The notes beneath the pieces are model-generated. The model was not told where the DNA came from. It ran no database searches and worked only from the letters and a program-made list of their open reading frames with translations. Source: Octopus vulgaris (taxonomy: Eukaryota). From it: DNA of 64,000 bases. How positions within the stretch are numbered: position 1 is the first letter of the stretch; the number at the start of each line of letters is the position of its first letter. This document shows positions 53,223 to 64,000 of the stretch, one piece after another. The position numbers and the translations under genes are program-made. Location of the stretch: NCBI GenBank assembly GCA_951406725.2, contig OX597838.1, positions 7,440,001 through 7,504,000 of the forward strand, written 5' to 3'.

Positions 53223-54369
53223 ATAACAAAATTCTTCTGATAAAATATCGATGAACCAATTATGCAATAAAATTACTGCCCTCTCCACCCTGTTAATCTG
53301 CAAGTGTGTGTGTGTGTTTTGTGTGTGTGAATGTGTACATATGTAAAGTCTGTAAATTTGAATATATATTTATATATACTCTACTGTTACAATCGTGTTG
53401 AATCCTAAGCACAAGCACACACACACACACACACACATACACACACACATGCACACGCCCACACGGATAGACACCCAACCAACCAACCAACCGCCATTGA
53501 AATTACTCCGCAATAAATCCACACTGAAGCGATGTATGGAAAGTTTACATGATATTTGATATTTGCGTCACGACCGTTATTCTTCGTGTTTATTAGATGT
53601 GTTCTGCTTGTAGTGGGCCTGAAGCATATCTTCATAAAATAAAGCCATATTAAAACATGATAAAACCAACGAAACCCATCAACACTAATAACAATTTTCC
53701 AAAATGAGAGAAGAAATGTTAGATGAAACAAACAAGCAAATTCACCTAAATCTAAAACTGAACTAATCTCGCTAATTGACATGGAATAAGAATAGGAAGT
53801 ATTCGATAATAAAGCTGTGTCTCTTATTAATTAGTTTCATCCTATATGGAAACTTGCAAATGCCAAAACCTATCCCGAAGCGTATAGAATATCGAATAAC
53901 ATATAAAGCGCTTCTGCTTTTCTACGCAGCTTTCACAACCAGTACAATGAAATAAAGCAGGCAATAGCGTTAATGTTTGCATATCAGGAAATCTGAAAAG
54001 CATGGTGGTATCGAGAACAATAGTGCAAAAGTGTGCGAACGCAGAAAGGAATAAAACGAGCGCCATTTTGCTTTTATTTTGTGTATTGTTTGCAGTAATG
54101 GCGGAATCTATGTGCTTCCTCACATGCTGGGGTTACATAGCTTTCAATTTCCATGGATTTCGCTTGATTGATCTCGAATCCGCATTTCTGCAAATTTCAC
54201 TTTTTTTCTCCCCGTTTCTATATGTGTCGTTCTGTCTGTATTGACGCATGTGTGTATTTGTTTTATAACGAGTTTTTGTAACGAGATCAAGAAAAAAGAG
54301 CATGATAATATATGAATATATACATACATTCATACTTGCATACACACACACACACACACATATATATAT

Positions 54370-54418
<49 letters not shown>

Positions 54419-54429
54419 TATACATATGC

Positions 54430-54470
<41 letters not shown>

Positions 54471-54529
54471 CACATATATATATATACACATATTCATATA
54501 TATATATAGATACAGTTATATAGATACAG

Positions 54530-54562
<33 letters not shown>

Positions 54563-55351
54563 TATGATTATATGGTTTGTGTGTGTTGCATATATGTGTC
54601 CAAACATGTGTACGTGTATGTTCATATATAAATATATATGTGTGTGCGTGTTTATGCGTGTGGGTATACGTGTGTGTGGTTGTAGTGTACATAATTGATG
54701 ACGTGCATAGCAATTAAAAGAGGGATGGGTAAGGAGAGAACTAACGCAGAATGACATAACTGTGAGCTGGCATGATATAGAAATAAAAGTATTCAATAAT
54801 ACAGAAACAAATATTTGAACATACAGACACAGGGCGATCGATTGGCAGCTACATACATACACACATGCATAAATACATATGTGTATGTGTGTGTGTGAGA
54901 AAGTTTTTTTTGTGTGTGTGTATTGGTTTTTGGAAACGGAATCAGTATTAGTTAAAAATAGTATGCTGTATATCATACCTAGCGTAGTCACAATGTAGAA
55001 ACGGTAGAAAACTGTGGTATTCGTCCCGAGAGATCATATTGTGTAGACGTATAAAGCTCAAATGGACGGAAGCATAAGATTAACAGACGAAGACCATGTA
55101 TCAGCGGCGGTGGATGGAAAGTCTGCGCTTTTTATGATTATGCGTCTGTATGAGACCATCTGGAGAGACGTTTATCCCATTTTTCTGGTTTTCTAAATCA
55201 TAACCTTCATAAGTTATCCAGAAACTGTATACATTCGCATACATACACTCATATACGTATATGTAGGGGACTAAGCGAAAGAACTCTTTCTTTCTGTTTC
55301 TCTTTCCATCTCTCTCTCTCTCTCTCTCTTTCTGATATATATATATATATA

Positions 55352-57200
55352 TAGGCATGCCTCGACTTTTGTATGTTTCGATTTAAGTCGCTTTCGATTA
55401 TACGTCGGATTTCAAAAATGCTGTATGGAAATATAAAAATCAAGTTAACTTTACGTCTGTCCGCCAGTTAAAAACCCGTTAAAAGCTCATAAAATCACGT
55501 TACCGTACAAGAAGTAAGAATAAAAGCATATAATATCATATTAAAGTACGTATAGTAAATGTTAAGATACACACCTTATCTTATTTATCGGTCTTTCAGA
55601 GCTCATATTGCACTGTAGTTGCAATATCTCCCGTTAGGCCTCGCTGTCACTCGTGATTCCCAAGATTGCTTTGAATTTAGATTTGTTTACGACTTTTTAT
55701 TGGCTACTTTCTCATTCTGATTCATTTGTGAATTTATTCTTTGCCCCCATGGCTCCGAAGAAAATTCATTGTGAAAGTTCTAAGTGTCATGCTATAACGC
55801 TGGAAGATAAACTGGCTGTGATCAAACGCCATGAGAAAGGTGAAAAAGTGGTAGCAATTGCACGATCTTTTGGGATGAGTCGGACAACTGCATCGACGAT
55901 TGTACATAATAAGGACGATATTTTAGCACATATCAAACCTGAAGCCACGGGGATGAAGAACACTCTCATCAATAAGAAAAGAGGCAAAATCTTTGAAGAA
56001 ATGGGAAGTTAGGTTGAATGATCTGCGTGCTGTTATTAGTCAAGGAATCTTTCAAGAGAAAGCATTGTCTTTGTTTGAAAACCCGAAGAAAAAATATCCA
56101 GATAAGAAAGATGCAGAGTTCAAGGCAAGTCAACGATGGTTCATAAGATTTAAGGAGTGAAGAAGTTATCACTCCATTAAGAAGCAAGGTGAAAGTGCAT
56201 CAGCTGCCGAACAAGCAGCAGCAGAATTTCCTAATGCATTATAGAAAATCATCAAATGAAATGCGTTTCTTTCCGAACAGATTTTTAACATAGACGAAAG
56301 TGGATTGTATTGGAAAAAATTGTCAGATGGTTCATTCATTTCCAAGGAGGAAAAAAAGGATTCCCGGCTACAAAGTCTCAAAAGAACATGTGACCATCAT
56401 GTTGGGAGGTAATTGTGCAGGACATTTTACGTTAAAGCCATTCTTTGTGTATCATTCACACAACTCCCTTGCCCTGAAGAACATATCCAAGGCATCTCTC
56501 CCTGTTATATGGATGGATAATTCAAAAGCATGAGTTACTGTTGTTGTTTTTGAAGATTGGTTCTTCAATCATTTTAGCCCAGCGGCAGAGAAGTACTGTA
56601 AGGAGTAGGGGATTCCATTTAAGGTTTTACTTACCTTAGATAAAGCTCCTGGCCACCCGCAAAACGTAGATTTTGTTCCCAACTTTACCGTCGTATACAT
56701 CCCTCTGAACACCACGTCTCTTCTGCAGCCAAATGGATCAAGGAATAATTGCTATCTTCAAGAGGACGACTATGAATGGTGTATGGAAGAAGCTTTGCTC
56801 GCAATTCGTGAATTATATTAATATGTTTGATAATGTTGCCATCAACAAAATGTTGGTGACTACGATCAAAGAACTGGAAATGGATTTGGTGATTTGGTGG
56901 AGGAAGAAATCAGAGATTTCTTTGAAAAAGACAAGCAGCCCTTGACGAACCAGGATTCGATAGAGCTCACGGGCAGCAAAATAAAGAAGAGGAAGTCGAA
57001 TCTGAGCCATGTCACTTAGCTATTAAGAAAATGCATTAAGCATTTGTATATATCGAAAAAGGTCTTTCTATGTTCGAGGATGTGGATCCATAATCGTTTC
57101 CAAGATTATAGGGGCTTGTCACGAAGCTTTTGCTCCTAATAATGTAATCCTTGACGAAAAGAAGAAGACAGTTCAAGGAACTCTCAACCGGTTTTTTAAG
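55352..57200 (+). mobile_element. Tigger/pogo-family DNA transposon with disrupted transposase (ATG at 55749)
   Basis: Terminus TAGGCATGCCTCG after (TA)n. MAPKK..ITLEDKLAVIKRHEKGEKVVAIARSFGMSRTTASTI (HTH-psq), FKASQRWF..F, IFNIDESGLYWKK, LDKAPGHP, NTTSLLQP/MDQGII. Many stops and frameshifts; no right TIR seen. Confidence 0.9.
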
Positions 57201-58385
57201 AGCCAGAGTCAGCTGTGTTTTCTGTCGCTTCTCTTTCACATGAAATCCCGCCGATGTAAATTTTGTTCCATTTATCTTGGAGTCGAAAATTCTTTTCAAT
57301 AGCACCCTGCATACTCCCCCAGTCTCTCTCTCTTTCTCTCTCTCTCGCTCTCTCTCTCTCTCACAAACACCGAAACTCATACACATGATCCCTCACAAAG
57401 AATCTGTTCCCTGTAGTCATGGTTCGGTTCCATAGCATTCAAAGTTACCAAGACGCTATAGAACATAACAGGTGATCATATGACTTCATAAGTAGTCACT
57501 AGTTTAGTATTTGGTAATTTCTGTATTATACTAATTCTTTCGTCCAACGTTTTCTCATCTTTTCATTTATTGTTTGCGCCCAAGAAAAGTCACGTGTGAA
57601 TTGTTCAGTCAGTACAGTGACATTTTTGACTGGCAGTTCGTTTGTTTCATCGTTCTTGTTCTTGTTGTTGATGTTATTGTTTTGTTTAGAATTAAAATCA
57701 AAACCACGTTTATCACCTACAGCTTTGATTCGAATAATAATATTTTACTATTGTACAATAGAAACGGAGAAAAGTCATGCATACAAAACAAATATAGTTT
57801 ATCTTCGTATGCATGACTTGACTGCATTTCGATTGTGTTGTGTTTGTTTAGTATTTGCATTATCTAGAACGCGCTATCGCTTCTATTTACTTAACGACGA
57901 TGTGCCCAAAACAGACAGTCGATTTTCGAATTACCAACATAGAAGAAGGAAAGAGAAAAATAACAACTATATTTGCTAGTTTCATGATTTTTTCTTCCTT
58001 AATTAATAACTGTGGATCTCCATTATGTTTTCTTCTTTCCGTGCCTTTTTTGTCTTTCACTCTTCCTTTCTCCAACTTATTCTCTGCTTGTTCTGTTTTT
58101 TCTTTTTTTTTTCTGTATATATGTATTTCTTGATATCAATACACAATCGGTTCACTTTACATCACTCCGTGGGATTTGAGTGAAATCGTTCAGCATTCGT
58201 AATATTATGCGTGCGTTAGATGTTAGCCTTTCCCATCTTGTTAAAAAGCCGACTCAAAAATTGGCGAGAGGATTAAGTTTACTTTTTTGTGCTTTGTTTA
58301 AAATGTTGATATTTGTTTCGTTTTTTTCTCGCTAAAAAAAAAGCGAACACTTTTGGTTCTGATAAGAAATACAATGAAACGCATA

Positions 58386-58425
<40 letters not shown>

Positions 58426-59197
58426 AACAAGATTAACCACTAAATCCACAAGTTCTTTTTCTCTTTGTTTATTTCCTTCTGTTTCTTTCTGTTGAAGAGC
58501 ATAGGCTCGAAATGTAACAGATTTTTCACCTTCCAGAGCGTCAAAATAATACACCTGCTTGCTGTTTATTGACCTGTCTTCGTCTTTTGTTTTTCTGTAA
58601 ATTTCAGCTATATGTGTGTTTTGCGTGTCATCGAAAGAGAGAATGGGAAATTGGGGAAATGTGAGTATCTGAAAGGGTGCAGAAGCACGTGTATTATCCA
58701 CAAAGGAAGATGGGTCGTTACAGAAAACAAGCAAGAGTAAAGAGTAAAGGACCGAGACAGAATTTACCATCAAAGTTCGTGACAAAGATATGAGAAAGAG
58801 GTAACATAAATGATGGAACTAGAGAAAATCCCGTCAAGAAAAACTGCAACAAACTACAGCAATATCAAACCCACGACTGTCATGAATGATTCCATGAATT
58901 ATTGCTAAAGGCAATGAAATAGTCTTCTATTGGTGATGGGAATTAATTTTTAATCATTGACTTTGGAGAATTATAGTATGTACGCAACTTCCAGTCAACC
59001 TCCCAAGATTAATTAGATGATTAAATAGATTTGTAGATACCATCCACACCAGAAGACCCCCACTGAAAATTGCTGTCCTCATATATCTATGAAAATATAT
59101 AATCTGGATACGAAACATGACATTTCAGGTATTTTCAACGTTATCTGTTGCCGTACAAGAAATATTTTTGAACACAAGAGACTTTTAAAAGAAGACA

Positions 59198-59575
59198 TCT
59201 CTCTATATATAAACGGCAGTTTGTCTGTCTGTGTGTCTGTCAGGTTGTACCCTCACCCTGACCATGACTTTCAACCGATTCTGATGAAACTTGACACACA
59301 CATAGCCCAATGTCATTATTCAAAACTAACGCAGCGAAATTTTTGAACAGTTCCCCCAGTTCTGAAAAAAATCGATAAATTCGACATGGGGTCGAGAATC
59401 AGAAACACAAACTACAGACTGTCTAGGGGACGCAACTCGACCTTTTTAACTCTCAAACAAAAATTTACCATAATTTTTTTTCCAATTTTTTTCTATTTTT
59501 TTGGCTATAACTCTCTAAAAATGCTTTATAGTTATTTCCCTTACAAACCCGAGCAACGCCGGGCGATACTGCTAG
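59198..59575 (+). mobile_element. Non-autonomous Helitron
   Basis: 5' A|TCTCTCTATATATAAA. 3' hairpin CCCG-agcaacgc-CGGG then CTAG|T. No TSD. The inverted paralog at ~60300-60443 lacks the insert. Confidence 0.8.
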
Positions 59576-59679
59576 TTCCTGCTAAATCTCAAACAATCCG
59601 TCTTAATGACAACTTAAATCTCTTCTTAGGATATATGCACCATGTTGCCTTTTATAGAAAAAGCGATAAAACATATTCT

Positions 59680-61020
59680 ATTTCGTTTTCTAAGCTTCTC
59701 CATTCTAAGATTCCACTCAAACGTTGTCTCCGTAAGTTTAAATCTTTCTATAGCAGATTTGTCATTAACGTTTCTCACGTACATCTTAATTGATTTTCTG
59801 CAAATAATTTTATCTTAAATATATTTATAACTACGCATTTCTATTTCCTATTCCTATATCGTTCACATTTATCTTTCCAATTCTTTCTCTTAGTTATAAA
59901 ACGTATTGTATCGATTTTAATTATTTAACTATTTCCTATCTTTAAATTATTGACAGATTCAAAATGTACGTCGTTAAAACATTGTTTCGCTGAGATTCCT
60001 TTCATAATCCCTGTTTTCCATATTCTGTTCCTATTCTTATACATATGATCCAGCTAAATATAAATATATAAGGTTGGCTAGGTATGCACGTAACTACTTC
60101 AGATGTATGTTATATGTGTTGCTGGTTTTTGAGATTAAGATGACACTTCCTGTTCTGAAAAATTTCAGCGGTTTTGTTTTTATAAATTCTTTAAAACCTT
60201 AAATAATTTAACGGGAATTGCTTCGCAATTGTCAGTTTTTTTAACAAACGTTTTTTTTCTATTTTTCTTATTTTTAGATGTTTTCTAAATTTACGTGGAA
60301 TCGCCTTTTCTATAAGAGGCAACATGTTGAATCTATCTAAAGAAGTGATTTAGCTTGTCATTAACACGGGTTGTTTTAGATTTAACAGGGATTTCTTGAT
60401 TTGAGCGTCTCTTGTGTGTAAACATGTTTCTTGTACGCTGGTATCTACGTACCATTTTTTACCATTTTGTTTTTCCATTCAGGATTTCCATTATCCATTT
60501 CATTAGGGATTCAGGTAGCTTTCATTGTGCTTCCTATATAAACAACGTATTTCATTTATTAATGCTTCTCCATTGTAAGATTCCACTCAAAAGCAGTCTC
60601 CGTGGGTTTAAATATTTCTATACCAGAAAATCTGAGAAGAAAGCCACCTATTCATTGTCATTAATGTTTCTCACGTACATCTTAATTGATTTTCTGCAAA
60701 TAATTTTATTTTAAACATATTTATAACTACGCATTTCTATTTCCTATTCCTATATCGCTCACATTTATCTTTCCAATTCTTTCTCTTAGTTATAAAGGCA
60801 TTGTATTTATTTTAATTATTTAACTATTTCCTATCTTTAAATTATTGACAGATTCAAAATGTACATCGCTAAAACATTGTTTCGCTCAGATACGTTTCAA
60901 AATTCCCAATCGACATATTCTGTTCCTATTCTTATACATATGATTTAACTAGGCGTGGATATATAAGGCTAGATACGTATGCACGTGTCTACTTGTGTTG
61001 TGTATTATTTGTGGTGCTTG
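59680..61020. repeat. ~440-bp diverged direct repeat (59680-60125 and 60550-61020)
   Basis: Shared blocks such as tttctcacgtacatcttaattgattttctgcaaataattttat and attattgacagattcaaaatgtac. Confidence 0.9.
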
Positions 61021-61187
61021 TTGTATCCTTTCTTGGTCTTATTTGCAGTCTGAATGTATATACTAGAAAATGAGATTTACAATATTATATAATCTATTAA
61101 ACATGCAGATTGTCACACAAGTGCACACAGATACACACAGACACGTACAGACACGTACAGACATGCACACACACACAAACACATGTA

Positions 61188-61228
<41 letters not shown>

Positions 61229-61636
61229 CAAATTACACTGAGGAGATTCTTGTCAGCAAACAATGGATTTTTACAGTTGTGTTTTGGCTATGAATCGAAA
61301 CATTTGTATGCAATTTATATATAAAATTTGTAATTTATCATGTCATATTATTATAACAATATACTATAATATAGCATTATGCTAATAGGCTTTAAATTTT
61401 AATTATATATATATATATAGGAGCTACAAGTGGGTTTTTTTGTAAGTAAAATTACATTTAATTCATTAATAGCGAAACAATTGTCCCAAAATAATCTGTA
61501 TTTTTGTTATTTTTTATTTGCCCTGTTCGTGTGAGCTAACAATCGTACTGACTTTCATGTGAAGCATGTATTTTTGTGGTTGAAACCTTTTGGATTTTCT
61601 AGTGCTAGAATGAGCCACATAGTGACCATTCTCTTA

Positions 61637-61679
<43 letters not shown>

Positions 61680-62339
61680 CAACCGATTCCAGGTCATCAG
61701 CGTCACTTGGGCTCATCACAGATTTTGGTTGATACATGCCTGCTGGAACATAAAGCAATCCTCCAAGACACAACTGATCTTTAAACACAAACGCACAGAA
61801 TAACAGCAATCAAATAATAACAGCGGAATGCTGTTCGCTTGACAAGAGATGCCAGGTAGACTTGTAAATCTACCAAGGTCGTTCATATTATCCCTAGTTG
61901 CTGGATCATTTTTCGTTCGTTTAAGATTATTGAAGAACGGAAACTTTTCATAGACTGGAATTTGAATCCTAATCTCTAAAGAAATTTATTGCTTTAAGAA
62001 AACATTGAATTTGAAGTACTTTTAATATTTATGATTATAGATAACAACTCGGGCTGTAACTTCTGAGCCCGAGGTAGGCGCGTGGGAACGATGTCGAAAG
62101 AACGAATACTACGAATGATAATTTTAGACACAGGGCACTTCTAAGACGACCGCCAGACGCTGAACGAAATTAAATGAACTGCGACCAGGTTCAATAAAAG
62201 GAACCCGAATTAATGCGTGAAATTACATACTTGAAGTCAGTGTTGGCAGAAAGTAAATCATCTTGCAGATACACGTTCATTTTTACTAAATTTATATTCA
62301 CGCTAAGACAGAACATCCCGAGTACCAGAGTAGTCATTG

Positions 62340-62427
<88 letters not shown>

Positions 62428-62431
62428 CTCT

Positions 62432-62605
62432 TCGACCGGTATTGGTGTGTTTACGTCTCCGTAACTTAGTGGTTTGTCAAAAGAAGCTGGTATATTAAGT
62501 ACTCAGCAGAATAAAAATATATCGCTCTAGTCAACTCATTCGACTAACATTCCTCAAGGCAGTGCTCCAGTATGGCTGTAGTCGAATGACTGAAACAAGT
62601 AAGAT
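62432..62605 (+). mobile_element. SINE family A, 3' half
   Basis: ggtgtgtttacgtctccgtaacttag...gtgctccagtatggctgtagtcgaatgactgaaacaagtaa. Confidence 0.75.
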
Positions 62606-62902
62606 GTACCAAAGAATTTACAAATTCCTGGTCATCGAGTGTATTACATCATATATATATATTTCGGTTTGGGTTTAGCTGTTTTATATTTAATTTAAAA
62701 ACCAGCAGCAATGTCATATTGCTTGTGAGTAATTTTGAATCAATATCACATGTGAGATAAATCATGTAATTGTATGTTACCAAATATCCTGTTTTCCAAG
62801 ACAATTGCCGTGTTACTAACAGAAAATATTAATTCGACAGCTTTATTCGAAACATTAATTTCTTTATATATGTGTGTGTGTAATTATATATGTATGTATA
62901 TT

Positions 62903-62967
<65 letters not shown>

Positions 62968-63207
62968 ATAGCTATATATATTAATACGTACATGCATACA
63001 TGCAGAATTACATACATATGTGTGCGACTCTGTGTATGTGTGTGAAAGTGTTTGCATGTATAAATACCTCAGTACATATATACGTATATATTTATGTATA
63101 TATACACATATGTATATATATATATATACATATATACATACATATATATATGCATATGTATACATATATACATACATATATATATATATATATATGCATA
63201 TGTATAA

Positions 63208-63272
<65 letters not shown>

Positions 63273-64000
63273 TAATCCAAACATGAAAACACCATGAGAA
63301 AACACAACAACGCGAGGACGTGGAACAGATATAGTATTATTGGACGCTGTGACGCCTATTGAAAAGTTTGCAAGAATATGTTAGAAAAAATAAGTAAATG
63401 AGTTGAAATCGAACCAGTGAGTGTTAATTAATGAGGCATTAAAACACACACACACATGAACACAAGCACACACACACACGAACACAAACACACACGCGAA
63501 CACAAACACATACACACATGAACACAAACACACACACACATATATATATATATACACCCATATATATATACACACATAACCTGTATAAGTATCGATTAAT
63601 TAAAGTTGCGTTCATTACTGGTATCGATGATTCCAGCTTACCGCCGCCTTCCAAAATTTCTCTGTTTTTGCCTAAATTACAAATGATTACATTGTCAAAA
63701 ACATATTTGTGAAGTATCCGTTTGCGAAAACAGCAAGGAATTAACCATTGATTCGGAATTGATTTGATAAAAGACTTGCGAATCAATTCTCATTGCCTCC
63801 GTCCAACAAACTCACCAACAAACAAGGTTAGATGTCTGCAGATTTTCTTGTCATTTCCTCGTTGGTTGATTTGGTTCGTTTCTCGGCTTCCAGCTCTATT
63901 ATTTAAGAAACTATTGGTGCATGCTTGTTTGAATTATATTATCAATGTTTACTAAAGCTAAACAGTTTTTACTTAAATCATCACATATTTATTTAGCAAA

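Overview
AT-rich, microsatellite-saturated animal genomic DNA. The SINE families and repeat landscape suggest a cephalopod such as Octopus (inference). Almost all short ORFs in the track are artefacts of (TA)n/(CA)n/(TAGA)n/(AAT)n tracts. The main feature is a young, apparently intact Penelope-like retroelement (PLE) at ~36471-44184 inserted in a (TA)n tract. Its structure is: inverted pseudo-LTR, 5'-truncated ORF copy, pLTR, intact 1308-aa RT + GIY-YIG ORF, pLTR with a tail. Each pLTR carries a variant minimal hammerhead-ribozyme (HHR) fold. A 75-bp relic at 31932-32006 has the same two termini. Other (TA)n tracts hold short foldback or HHR-bearing inserts that look like footprints of further PLE families, including two hammerheads with a complete core. 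Also present are three tRNA-derived SINE families, decayed CR1-like and R4-like LINE fragments, Tc1, mariner and Tigger/pogo transposase pseudogenes, a non-autonomous Helitron with a nearby empty-site paralog, a 1.7-kb tandem duplication, and candidate exons of an unidentified, locally duplicated membrane-protein gene. All calls were made by eye; repeat boundaries are approximate (about +/-10-30 bp) unless stated.
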